Part shown: in pieces, positions 13,050-25,404 of the stretch | How positions within the stretch are numbered: position 1 is the stretch's first letter | How the letters are laid out: the number at the start of each line of letters is the position of its first letter | Source of the DNA: Macrostomum lignano | Lineage: Eukaryota | Reading direction: 5' to 3' | Assembly (NCBI GenBank): GCA_002269645.1 | Contig: NIVC01000967.1 | Span: 29,008 to 93,007, forward strand | Length of the DNA stretch: 64,000 bases | Program-made: the position numbers and the translations under genes | The notes under the pieces: generated by a model | What the model was told of the DNA's origin: nothing | What the model saw: only the letters and a program-made list of their open reading frames with translations | Database searches by the model: none

Positions 13050-15095
13050 ATGAGCTCGGAGCAGCGGAGCTCGCACTGGTACCAGTTCTGGCACCCGATC
13101 GACTGCAACTCCACAGCCCGCTGGGAGCCGCTCCGCGAGCCGTCCTTTCTCGCATTCCTCTGCGCCGCCGACGCCGCCCAGTGCCTGCTGTGCCTGCTCA
13201 GCCTGCTGCTCAACTCTCTGTCCTACCTGGCCCTCGGCCGGGACGGCAGCGACAGCACCTTGGCGATGCAGCTGCGCTCCCTGGCCGTGACCGACGTCAT
13301 CTACGTGCTGGCCAACACCATCGACAACTTCTGCCACACTCTGGAGACCCTGCCGGCCCCGGCTGGGGACTCCCGCCTGTTCCTGCTGCCGATTTTCGGG
13401 CACCCCATTGTCTGGGGCATCCGGGTGGCCTTCATCACCCTGCACAACTGGCTGATGCTCTTCATGGCCGCCGTCCGCTTCGCCAAGATCCGCTGGCCAC
13501 TGCGCGCCAACCTCTGGTTCAGCCGGCGCCGCACCCGCAACTGGATGGGCGCCATCTGGATTGTTGCCATGGCAACTAGCCTAGTGCGCGGCCTCGAGGT
13601 GACCAGCGTGCTGGCCGACTGTCCGGACGGGTTCAACCGGATGGCCGTCGTCGCTTCGCGCATCTTCCCGGCGTACACCATGGCGGTGAACTTCGGCCTG
13701 CAGACGGTCACGCCAGTGGTGGCGGTCATGGTTGTCAACGTGCTGCTGCTGCGGACGGTGCGCCGGTCCAACAACTTCCAGCGCGACGCTGCTGGCGGCG
13801 GCAGCAGTCCGAATTCGACCATCGCCGTCAGCACTGTCAGCATGGCCAGCAGCGGTGGAGCCGGCCAGCTGGCTGCCAGCAGCAGCGACGTGAGCGGGAA
13901 GAAGCCGGCGGCGCAGAAGCAGGAGAAGCAGTTCCGCCAGCTGACCCGGATGGTCACCCTGCTGATGTACATGTACCTCATCTGCCAGACTCCCATGGTG
14001 CTCTACGGATTGTGAGTTCTTTTGCTGTGTGAGCGACCTTAAGTGTGTGTGATGTACCGATCCCAGGTGTGTTTGATGTACCGATCCCAGGTGTATTTGA
14101 TGTACCGATCCCAGGTGTGTTTGATGTACCGATCCCAGGTGTGTTTGATGTACCGATCCCAGGTGTGTTTGATGTACCGATCCCAGGTGTGTTTGATGTA
14201 CCGATCCCAGGTGTGTTTGATGTACCGATCCCAGGTGTGTTTGATGTACCGATCCCAGGTGTATTTGATGTACCGATCCCAGATGTGTTTGATAAACCGA
14301 TCCCAGGTGTTTTTGATGTACCGATCCCAGGTGTATTTGATGTACCGATCCCAGGTGTGTTTGATGTACCGATCCCAGGTGTATTTGATGTACCGATCCC
14401 AGATGTGTTTGATAAACCGATCCCAGGTGTTTTTGATGTACCGATCCCAGGTGTTTTTGAGCGTACCGATCCCAGATGTGTTTGATAAACCGATCCCAGG
14501 TGTTTTTGATGTACCGATCCCAGGTGTGTTTGGTAAACCGATCCCAGGTGTTTTTGATGTACCGATCCCAGGTGTGTTTGATGTACCGATCCCAGGTGTA
14601 TTTGATGTACCGATCCCAGGTGTGTTTGATGTACCGATCCCAGGTGTGTTTGATGTACCGATCCCAGGTGTATTTGATGTACCGATCCCAGGTGTATTTG
14701 ATGTACCGATCCCAGGTGTGTTTGATTTACCGATCCCAGGTGTGTTTGATGTACCGATCCCAGGTGTGATTTCATGTGTACCGGTTCCACCTGTGTTTGA
14801 TGTGCCAAAGATGTTTGAAATGTACAACCCCAGTCGCCCCCATTGCAGCGTGGTGTCCTTCAAGATTCCCACCAACCTGTACATCATCATGACTCTGGTC
14901 GGCAACGTGATCTCATCCATGGACGGCACCTGCAATTTCTTTATCTACGTGGTGACAAATCCGAAGTTCAAGCGGGAGGTGCGCCAAATCCTGGGCCTGG
15001 CCACCATGAATGCCACCGGGAAGGTCGGCCAGTCCGGGATCTCCATGGAGGCTGTCGGGGTGGCCAAGCAGCAACAGCAGCAGAACCGGCTTTGA
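13050..15095 (+). CDS. Rhodopsin-class 7TM GPCR, FMRFamide/DmsR/Srw-like peptide-receptor group. Exons 13050-14011 and 14849-15095, about 402 aa.
   Basis: Seven hydrophobic segments: TM2 LAVTD, TM3 end AAVRFAKIRWPL, TM6 YLICQTP, TM7 GTCNFFIYVVTNPKFK. The phase-2 donor TT|GTGAGT joins acceptor CATTGCAG|C. The exact acceptor is inferred; 14834 is an alternative. Confidence 0.88.
14045..14768. repeat. 24-bp minisatellite (GATGTACCGATCCCAGGTGTGTTT)n, GPCR intron
   Basis: About 30 copies. Confidence 0.97.
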
Positions 15096-15407
15096 GAAGG
15101 GCCCCAGGTTTCAGCTGAGATATACGGCCTGACAGACTTAATAGTCTAGCAACTGTCTGTAGTGTCTCTTTGTTAGCACTCTGTTAGCACTTGTTGGTGA
15201 TATCAGTTGTTTTACTCCACATTGTTGCTTTTTATAACTTTTCCTGTACCCCACTCGGTTTACTGTTCCAAGTTTAGTCAGTCACTTTGTTGCCTGATAT
15301 CTGCACTGCACATCTCTGAGCTGCCTCTGGTCATTTTCCCTCTTGCTTCGATTTTATTGTGCCCTCCGCCCTCTCCTAACCTCTCACCATCTAGCTAGCT
15401 CTTGTAC

Positions 15408-15985
15408 CCTCTGGCCCTTTCACCCTCTGACCCTTTCACCCTCTGACCCTTTCACCCTCTGACCCTTTCACCCTCTGACCCTTTCACCCTCTGACCCTTT
15501 CACCCTCTGACCCTTTCACCCTCTGACCCTTTCACCCTCTGACCCTTTCACCCTCTGACCCTTTCACCCTCTGACCCTTTCACCCTCTGACCCTTTCACC
15601 CTCTGACCCTTTCACCCTCTGACCCTTTCACCCTCTGACCCTTTCACCCTCTGACCCTTTCACCCTCTGGCCCTTTCACCCTCTGACCCTTTCACCCTCT
15701 GGCCCTTTCACCCTCTGACCCTTTCACCCTCTGGCCCTTTCACCCTCTGACCCTTTCACCCTCTGGCCCTTTCACCCTCTGGCCCTTTCACCCTCTGGCC
15801 CTTTCACCCTCTGGCCCTTCCACCCTCTGGCCCTTCCACCCTCTGGCCCTTCCACCCTCTGGCGCTTTCACCCTCTGGCCCTTTCACCCTCTGACCCTTT
15901 CACCCTCTGACGCTTTCACCCTCTGACCCTTTCACCCTCTGACCCTTTCACCCTCTGGCCCTTTCACCCTCTGACCCTTTCACCT
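15408..15985. repeat. 16-bp minisatellite (CACCCTCTGACCCTTT)n
   Basis: Period 16, about 36 copies. Confidence 0.97.
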
Positions 15986-16714
15986 TTTCACAATTGATGT
16001 CAGGAGTTACAGAAAAATTTGCATACAAGCCGTGTAATCGCACAGTCATTAAGCTTGTTGATTGGTTGCGTAAACTGAACCTTACACACCGCTCTCGTTA
16101 TCCTTGTTACCTGTTAGCTAAGCATAATTACATACATTGAAAAAATAATTCTTGTATTGCTCCCTAGCCGATGACACTGCACTCGGCCATAGACAATAAA
16201 GTCAATCCAAGCTGCAGTCTCCCACAGACTTACTGCAGGCCAAGCCAGCTGTTGAAGGCTCTGCTCTCCTATTAAAAGACGAATAAAGTAGAGAATTTCA
16301 AATTGATTTATTTAATGGAATTTTTTATCAGCTTGGTTTGGTAACTTAACGCATATACGAAACTTATAAATTGCAAGTTCATTTTACGTTTAAACCTAAA
16401 GTAATTAGCTGCACAACTGAAAATATCGTGATTAGGCTAATTAGAAGTTTTTTTTTAATTAACTTTCCTGCCCAAGAAATTGTTCGACACGCGATGTAGG
16501 GCTTATTATAAATCAGGCCCCAGTCGCTGGGGGGATTATAGAAAAGAATTTGGTTTCCCAAGTGCATTCGAAGCAAGGCAAATGGCTTCTGAATGGCCAT
16601 GTGGAATTTTAGGATTTGCCTGAGTACCGCAGCGCAACACCATGTTCTGTATTACAAATAATACAAACTCCACTTACGTCAAAAAGGCTCGTATAATGGT
16701 CCGCTCATTTTTCG

Positions 16715-17308
16715 GGAATGGGCTTGTCTATGGCCACACTCAAGTATCACTGGACCATTATCTGGAAAATGGGCTTGCTGTCAGGACCATTATATAGATA
16801 ATGGGCTTGTCTATGGCCACACTCAAGTATCACTGGACCATTATCTTGAAAATGGGCTTGCTGTCAGGACCATTATATAGATAATGGGCTTGTCTATGGC
16901 CACACTCAAGTATCACTGGACCATTATCTGGAAAATGGGCTTGCTGTCAGGACCATTATATAGATAATGGGCTTGTCTATGGCCACACTCAAGTATCACT
17001 GGACCATTATCTGGAAAATGGGCTTGCTGTCAGGACCATTATATAGATAATGGGCTTGTCTATGGCCACACTCAAGTATCACTGGACCATTATCTGGAAA
17101 ATGGGCTTGCTGTCAGGACCATTATATAGATAATGGGCTTGTCTATGGCCACACTCAAGTATCACTGGACCATTATCTGGAAAATGGGCTTGCTGTCAGG
17201 ACCATTATATAGATAATGGGCTTGTCTATGGCCACACTCAAGTATCACTGGACCATTATCTGGAAAATGGGCTTGCTGTCAGGACCATTATATAGATAAT
17301 GGGCTTGT
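16715..17308. repeat. About 83-bp tandem repeat (two internal AATGGGCTTG..GGACCATTAT halves), about 7 copies
   Basis: Near-identical units at 83-bp spacing. Confidence 0.95.
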
Positions 17309-18084
17309 TGGCATATATCATGCAATGGTCCGTAAGAAGCGTAAAGCAAGTGTCTTCAGAAGGCAAACATGTATTCAATAGCTCGTACAAAATAGCAAAT
17401 AACAGTTTTATCAATTTGCTTCAAGCAAGGTTCATCGAATTTTTTACTACAATCACTTGAACAACACCACAACCCTCTCACCGACAATCTCCACCTTGTC
17501 GACAGTTGTTTGTTTTTCTTAGCAGGTGGTACAGTTTCCTGACCTGTCGATCCAAGAGGTTCAACGCGAACGTCAATCTGTTGAGAGCTGGAGACAACCA
17601 GAGACAAAACAGTTCACCCTCTGAGGGAAAGTGCCGTCACTGAGGAGTCTCAGCCATGAGTCGAGCCGGGGAACGAGATGCCTTTATATGTCGTCCAGAT
17701 GTCGTTGTAGATCTTCAGCCGTCAGTATTATTACCAAGCGGTCTCGTAGGTGTGTCATCGTTATTGACTCTTGTCGCATCTTTAGCTGGCTCCATATCCA
17801 TAAATAATTGGTCGAACGACAAATCGATTTCGTCAAGATCGACGTATAGCACTAGTTGAAAAGTGGTTAAAACCTGCTAGTCAGCTTGGGTGCCTTAAGT
17901 AATTTTCCAATACTGTACAGTATACATTTGTCTATGGCATTAGAAATTTTGCTAATCGTCCTGCTCATTGAAATCCATGCAGTTTGGCGTAAGTGAAGTT
18001 TACATACATGTACTATAATAGCACCATCACTTCAGTCATGTTTAGCTGTTTATGTCAATTAAATTGTAGGGATATCTATTTAAT

Positions 18085-18360
18085 TAAGCTAATTGCCAGC
18101 AATGTCTGACTGTCAGTTGTAGCTAATTGTCAGGCAATATCTGACCGTCAGTGGTAGATAATTGTCAGCAATGTCTGACTGTCAGTGGTAGATAATTGTC
18201 AGCAATGTCTGACTGTCAGTGGTAGCTAATTTTCAGGCAATATCTGACCGTCAGTGGTAGATAATTGTCAGCAATGTCTGACTGTCAGTGGTAGATAATT
18301 GTCAGCAATGTCTGACTGTCAGTGGTAGCTAATTGTCAGGCAATATCTGACTGTCAGTGG
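18085..18360. repeat. About 33-bp minisatellite (TGTCAGTGGTAGATAATTGTCAGCAATGTCTGAC-like)
   Basis: About 8 copies. Confidence 0.9.
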
Positions 18361-18904
18361 CATGCAATTTAGCAAGAACGATAGCACCAGATCTCTGGTT
18401 ACTATTTAGTTAATCCCCAGCGGAGTCGTGACAAAACCGCCCAGTGCAGCACGATTATTCCCTTTGTCTCCAGGCGGCCGACTTATCAAGTTTCTGATCT
18501 CTTTTGATGTGAAAGCAGTGCATGCGCAAGAAGCAAACACGACCAATCTGTGCGCAAACTGCTCCTGTTTGTCGAAAATTTAAGCGAACAATTTTGGAAT
18601 TTTGTGTACCCAAAACTAAGCTGCGACAGTGACAATGTTATTCGTCTCTGGTAAGGTGAAGGCCGCATAGGATCCTGGATCAACTTGATGCTGCAGATGC
18701 GGATCAACTTAATGCCTATGGATTATTGCAAGCTGCAAGCTTCATCATACGAGACTTAAAAGAACGGCTCGCTTCCCTTACACGAATAGGAGTAGGAATA
18801 CGATACCGGATTAATGAGCGTTAGCAACCAAGGATTACTACATCAGACTCTCAGAGAATCGTTTTGGAATGTGCATAGATCTGCTTGGTTGCTACCCAGC
18901 TATA

Positions 18905-19616
18905 TCTTATGAGCCTGCCTACTCATGAAGACCTTTGATCTCATCTTGTGAGCCTGCCTACTCATGAAGACCTTTGATCTCATCTTGTGAGCCTGCCTAC
19001 TCATGAAGACCTTTGATCTCATCTTGTGAGCCTACCTACTCATGAAGTTCTTTGATCTCATCTTGTGAGCTTGTCTACTCATGAAGGTCTTAGATCTCAT
19101 CTTTTGAGCCTGCCTACTCATGAAGAGCTTTGATCTCATCTTATGAGCCTGCCTACTCATGAAGACCTTTGATCTCATCTTGTGAGCCTACCTACTCATG
19201 AAGACCTTTGATCTCATCTTGTGAGCCTGCCTACTCATGAAGACCTTTGATCTCATCTTGTGAGCCTGCCTACTCATGAAGACCTTTGATCTCATCTTGT
19301 GAGCCTACCTACTCATGAAGTTCTTTGATCTCATCTTGTGAGCTTGTCTACTCATGAAGGTCTTAGATCTCATCTTTTGAGCCTGCCTACTCATGAAGAG
19401 CTTTGATCTCATCTTATGAGCCTGCCTACTCATGAAGACCTTTGATCTCATCTTGTGAGCCTACCTACTCATGAAGTTCTTTGATCTCATCTTGTGAGCT
19501 TGTCTACTCATGAAGGTCTTAGATCTCATCTTTTGAGCCTGCCTACTCATGAAGAGCTTTGATCTCATCTTTTGAGCCTGCCTATTCATGAAGAGCTTTG
19601 ATCTCATCTTATGAGC
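18905..19616. repeat. 39-bp minisatellite (GAGCCTGCCTACTCATGAAGACCTTTGATCTCATCTTGT)n
   Basis: About 18 copies. Confidence 0.95.
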
Positions 19617-20070
19617 AAGGTTATTTGCAAGGTTAACCTTTCGAACCCCGCTTTAGGAATTTAAGGATTGCACAAGCAGTCTCAATAAACCATTTAAAAG
19701 ACACAAAGGCGTGTACGTGAACATTGTTGTTAGCACTTATCTAACACCTGAAAGCACGTATTTGAATGTAGCAATCTTAAAATTCATTCCAATTTTGAAT
19801 TGAAGGCGGCGCATTACAGGCTTGAAATTGATATATGAATTCTCTGAACAAAAAGATGGTGAGTAACAAAAAATACTGTTTGACCTGGATGGGATCTGCG
19901 GGATGGACTCGAGACAGATCTCTACAATGAGATCAAATTTTCTACTTCAAATGCTGAAAGAAAATATCTGCGACCAAGCCTTACTGAGTATGTGCCAACT
20001 TAGCAAAAACAGATCTAAAAGACTACTGTAGGGAATCACTTGCTTGTCTTGGCAAGACAAGGATCAAACA

Positions 20071-23000
20071 TCAAGAGCCACCGGGGGCTGCCGCAGTCTG
20101 AGAGCAGTTCCGCAGAAATTGAGTAACCTTTGAGCAGAACTCAACAGGCCGGTCCGCGTGCACCCAGTGGCCGGCGCCCTCCACGAATACGATTTCAGAG
20201 CGGGGGAACAGGCGCAGAATGCTGGCGTCCTTGGGGCTGCAGTGGGGGATGTCAGCGATAGCTAATTTTCAGTGTTGGCTAATTGTCAGCGTTAGCTAAT
20301 TGTCAGCGTTGGCTAATTGTCGGCGTTGGCTAATTGTCAGTGTTGGCTAATTGTCAGTGTTGGCTAATTGTCAGCGATAGCTAATTGTCAGCGTTGGCTA
20401 ATTGTCAGTGTTGGCTAATTGTCAGCGATAGCTAGTTGTCAGCGTTGGCTAATTGTCAGCGATAGCTAATTGTCAGCGTTGGCTAATTGTCGGCGTTAGC
20501 TAATTGTCAGCGTTGGCTAATTGTCGGCGTTGGCTAATTGTCAGTGTTGGCTAATTGTCAGTGTTGGCTAATTGTCAGCGATAGCTAATTGTCAGCGATA
20601 GCTAATTGTCAGCGTTGGCTAATTGTCAGCGTTGGCTAATTGTCAGTGTTGGCTAATTGTCAGCGATAGCTAGTTGTCAGCGTTGGCTAATTGTCAGCGA
20701 TAGCTAATTGTCAGTGTTGGCTAATTGTCAGTGTTGGCTAATTGTCAGTGTTGGCTAATTGTCAGTGTTGGCTAATTGTCAGTGTTGGCTAATTGTCAGC
20801 GTTGGCTAATTGTCAGTGTTGGCTAATTGTCAGCGATAGCTAATTGTCAGTAAAAGCTAATTGTCAGTGCTGGCTAATTGTCAGCATTGGCTAATTGTCA
20901 GCGATAGCTAATTGTCAGTAAAAGCTAATTGTCAGCGATAGCTAATTGTCAGCGATAGCTAATTGTCAGTGATAGCTAATTGTCAGTAAAAGCTAATTGT
21001 CAGTGTTGGCTAATTGTCAGCATTGGCTAATTGTCAGCGATAGCTAATTGTCAGTAAAAGCTAATTGTCAGTGTTGGCTAATTGTCAGCATTGGCTAATT
21101 GTCAGCGATAGCTAATTGTCAGCGATAGCTAATTGTCAGCGATAGCTAATTGTCAGTGATAGCTATTCAATAATTGTCAGCGATAGCTAATTGTCAGCGT
21201 TGGCTAATTGTCGGCGTTAGCTAATTGTCAGCGTTGGCTAATTGTCGGCGTTGGCTAATTGTCAGTGTTGGCTAATTGTCAGTGTTGGCTAATTGTCAGC
21301 GATAGCTAATTGTCAGCGATAGATAATTGTCAGCGTTGGCTAATTGTCAGCGTTGGCTAATTGTCAGTGTTGGCTAATTGTCAGCGATAGCTAGTTGTCA
21401 GCGTTGGCTAATTGTCAGCGATAGCTAATTGTCAGTGTTGGCTAATTGTCAGTGTTGGCTAATTGTCAGTGTTGGCTAATTGTCAGTGTTGGCTAATTGT
21501 CAGTGTTGGCTAATTGTCAGCGTTGGCTAATTGTCAGTGTTGGCTAATTGTCAGCGATAGCTAATTGTCAGTAAAAGCTAATTGTCAGTGCTGGCTAATT
21601 GTCAGCATTGGCTAATTGTCAGCGATAGCTAATTGTCAGTAAAAGCTAATTGTCAGCGATAGCTAATTGTCAGCGATAGCTAATTGTCAGTGATAGCTAA
21701 TTGTCAGTAAAAGCTAATTGTCAGTGTTGGCTAATTGTCAGCGTTGGCTAATTGTCAGCGATAGCTAATTGTCAGTAAAAGCTAATTGTCAGCGATAGCT
21801 AATTGTCAGCGATAGCTAATTGTCAGTGATAGCTAATTGTCAGTAAAAGCTAATTGTCAGTGTTGGCTAATTGTCAGCATTGGCTAATTGCCAGCGCTAT
21901 CTATTAGCAGCACTCACTCAATGTAGGGTGACTTTGAGCCGCCAATAAAAACGGTTGGCCCGTCGTAAACAGCCTGGCAGCTGTTCAACTCGCAGCCCAT
22001 CAGCTGTTCAATATGAGTCAGCAAAGCTGGCAGATTGATTCGCCACCTGAACTTTCCCGGACAATCTGGCTCCTCCATCAGGTTGGTGAGTAGGAATTCT
22101 CGGATCGCCTTCTCCTGAAATTGATAAGTTTTCAGCAACAGTGTACTTTTGTGATAGTAGAAAGACTAATAAGATGACGAAGCATTTGTCATTTATAATA
22201 CAGTCATAGTGACGCTCGCTGTTTACCCAGCTAATACAATGCAAATATCTTACAGGCACCTCGGCAGTCAGAAACTCAGAATAGGCCTTCTTAGTGCCGG
22301 CCAAAGACGGGTCAGGCGGCCGGCTCAGGTCCAGGCTGAGCATCAGCTCCATGATGCTGCGAAACCAACCCGGCTTGGAGCCGCTGGGCTGCGGCGAGGC
22401 GTCCACAACAATTAGCGACCGCACCAGCTGCGGCTGCGGCAGGCAGGGAATAGATCTCAGTCTGATATTTGCTTCCCATCTGATCTCACCCTGACTCCAA
22501 TCTAATCTCACCCTGACTCTAATCTGATCTCACCCTGACCCCAATCTGATCTCAGCCTGACTCCAATCTGTTCTCACCCTGACTCCAATCTGATCTCACA
22601 CTGACTCCAATCTTATCTCAGCCTGACTCCAATCTGATCTTACCCTGACTCCTAATCTGATCTCACCTTGACTCCTAATCTGATCTCACCTTGACTCCTA
22701 ATCTGATCTCACCCTGACTCCTAATCTGATCTCACTCTAACTCAAATCTGATCTCACCGACTCAAATCTGATCTCACCTTGATTCCAATCTGATCTCACC
22801 CTGACTCCAATCTCATCTCACCCTGACTCCAAGTTGATCTCACCCTGACTCCAATCTAATCTCACCCTGACTCCAATCTGATCTCACCCTGACTCCAATC
22901 TGATCTCACACTGACTCCAATCTGATCTCACCCTGACTCCAATCTGATCTTATCCTAACTCCAGTCTGGTCTCACCCCGACTCCAATCTAATCTCACACT

Positions 23001-24139
23001 GATTCCAAGTTTATTTCACCCTGACTCCAATCTAATCTCACCCTGACTCCAAGTTGATCTCACCCTGACTCCAATCTAATCTCACCCTGACTCCAAGTTG
23101 ATTTCACCCTGACTCCAATCTAATCTCACCCTGACTCCAAGTTGATCTCACCCTGACTCCAATCTAATCTCACCCTGACTCCAAGTTGATTTCACCCTGA
23201 CTCTAAGTTGATCTCACCCCGACTCCAATCTAATCTCACACTGATTCCAAGTTGATCACACCCTGACTCCAATCTGATCTCACACTGACTCCAATCTGAT
23301 CTCACCCTGCCATTTCATCTCAACTCTTGGCTTCTTTTATCTCTCTCAACTCCTGATCCCTGCTTGCCTCTCTCTAACACTCCCCCAACTCACATGCAGC
23401 AGCGCAGTCCTCATGGCCACCTTGCCGCCCAAGCTGTGGCCAAGCAGGTGCACAGGCGTGGCGTCCAGCTGCTGCTCAATAAACTGCCTGACATCGCCAA
23501 CCATAGCCGCCACGCTCATATCCTGATGATGCGGACTGTCGCCATGGTTACGCAGATCGGCGCAAATTATTGGCGAATGATTTCTGGCCAGAGCTTTGGC
23601 CACAGAGCGCCAGTTGCGGGCCATGCCGAACAGGCCGTGCAGGACGAGCAGCGGCGGCTGCGCGGCCAGGCGCGGGTTGGAGACTGCGGTGTGGGCCAGG
23701 CGCACACTGGGGGGGGTGGCAGGCGGGTTGGAGACTGCGGTGTGGGCCAGGCGCACACTGGGGGTGGCAGGCGGGTTGGAGACTGCGGTGTGGGCCAGGC
23801 GCACACTGGGGGTGGCAGGCGGGTTGGAGACTGCGGTGTGGGCCAGGCGCACACTGGGGGGGGTGGCAGGCGGGTTGGAGACTGCGGTGTGGGCCAGGCG
23901 CACACTGGGGGTGGCAGGCGGGTTGGAGACTGCGGTGTGGGCCAGGCGCACACTGGGGGTGGCAGGCGGGTTGGAGACTGCGGCTTTGATCTACGGCGGC
24001 CCACAAAGCTCCATGCGGCTAACTAGCTGGCTAGATGTAGACAACTGATGAACTAACTAACAACCACAAAAAACTAACTAGCGAACTACATGTAACTTGT
24101 AATTTTTATTCCCAAAATAAAGAAACACACACACCTCAT
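20071..24139 (-). CDS. ABHD11: ABHD11-like alpha/beta hydrolase. Exons 24139-24135 (ATGAG), 23706-23394 (alternative upstream acceptors to 23952), 22433-22254, 22114-21918, 20236-20071. About 286 aa in the shortest form.
   Basis: Motifs LLVLHGLFG, DLRNHGDSP, nucleophile GHSLGG, LIVVDASP, FLLTNL...FRWRINL and catalytic His in GAGHWVHADRP. Junctions are GT-AG and phase-consistent. The 5-nt first coding exon is inferred. Confidence 0.92.
20250..21895. repeat. 17-bp minisatellite (GGCTAATTGTCAGTGTT)n, ABHD11 last intron
   Basis: About 95 copies, with a ~720-bp higher-order duplication. Confidence 0.97.
22470..23310. repeat. 22-bp minisatellite (CTGACTCCAATCTGATCTCACC)n, ABHD11 intron
   Basis: Tandem periodicity. 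Confidence 0.95.
23673..23983. repeat. 48/51-bp tandem repeat spanning the ABHD11 intron-1/exon-2 boundary
   Basis: Five full units plus partial units. On the minus strand the unit is CCTGCCACCCCCAG|TGTGCGCCTGGCCCACACCGCAGTCTCCAACCCG. Confidence 0.95.
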
Positions 24140-24319
24140 AGTCGGTAGCGGTCACAATGCGGAGTAGTTAAAAAATCACCTCAGCCAAGCAGGGTGAAGC
24201 GGCTGACAAACAAGGTCACTCGGAGAAAATTTCAGCACTGAAAATTTAGTGGTTGTAAAATGGATTTACTGACCATTTTAAGTGAATGCAGCGTTTTATT
24301 GGAAACATGTGGGCTAGCG

Positions 24320-24662
24320 TGGGTGCTGTGTGTCTGGGATGCGAGATGCTGTGTGCTGTGTGTCTGGGATGCGAGATGCTGGGTGCCTCAGTGTCTGAGG
24401 TGTGAGATGCTGGGTGCTGTGTGTCTGAGGTGTGAGATGCTGGGTGCCTCAGTGTCTGAGGCTGTGAGATGCTGGGTGCCTCAGTGTCTGAGGTGTGAGA
24501 TGCTGGGTGCCTCAGTGTCTGAGGTGTGAGATGCTGGGTGCCTCAGTGTCTGGGGTGTGAGATGCTGGGTGCCTCAATGTCTGAGGTGTGAGATGCTGGG
24601 TGCCTCAGTGTCTGAGGTGTGAGATGCTGGGTGCCTTAGTGTCTGAGGTGTGAGATGCTGTG
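24320..24662. repeat. 31-bp minisatellite (GTGTCTGAGGTGTGAGATGCTGGGTGCCTCA)n
   Basis: About 11 copies. Confidence 0.95.
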
Positions 24663-25404
24663 TGCTTCGGTAGGGAAAATAATGAGAACAAGGCAGTCAA
24701 GACTCAAGCAAGCTTGATGTAATACGTACAGAAATATTTATATAAAATCAGCAATACAAATTGCAGCGCCAAAGCAACACTGAAGCGAAACCCGGTACAG
24801 ATTCCAAGCTTTAATCAAGCTATTGAAGCCAGTGGAAATGCGGCGAAAAACTTATTGTTAGTGAATCGCATTATTGTTATTAAAATATTAATAAAATTCA
24901 AAAAGCTTATATAAAAAAGCTGTTATATTGCAAAAACTAATAACAATATGTAAGCAGCCACTGATGACTATAAACAATTTGCACAAATCAATTAAAGAGA
25001 TTCAGCAGATGTGCTTGTGTCATTTGCAACTGCTAATTCATAATGTAAATATCGAGTTCTATCCAAAAGATATGGCATAATATTTGATAGCAATTTTGTG
25101 CATAATACTGAGCAGCCATATTTAAAATCTATATATAAAAATTATCAAAACAGAAATATAACACACTGTAGAAAATTTAATTAGTAAATATTCTACATAA
25201 TAATTTTATAGTAAGGCCTTAATAAAAGTATGGGATATCATTGAAAGCTGACTCGCGAGTAAGCAAATTTTTAATGCAAAATACACTGCAGAGGGCATTT
25301 TGACTTCAGCTATGGGTAAAGAGTTAAAAAGTGTGTAAATAGAACTCTTCTCATGCAGGTCAGTAAAGCACCTTGATTCGACTTTGGATATCATTGCACA
25401 GTGA

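Noticed and set aside
16715-17308. CRISPR-like appearance of regular repeats (also other arrays)
   Set aside because: No unique spacers, no cas genes and a eukaryotic context; these are plain tandem repeats.
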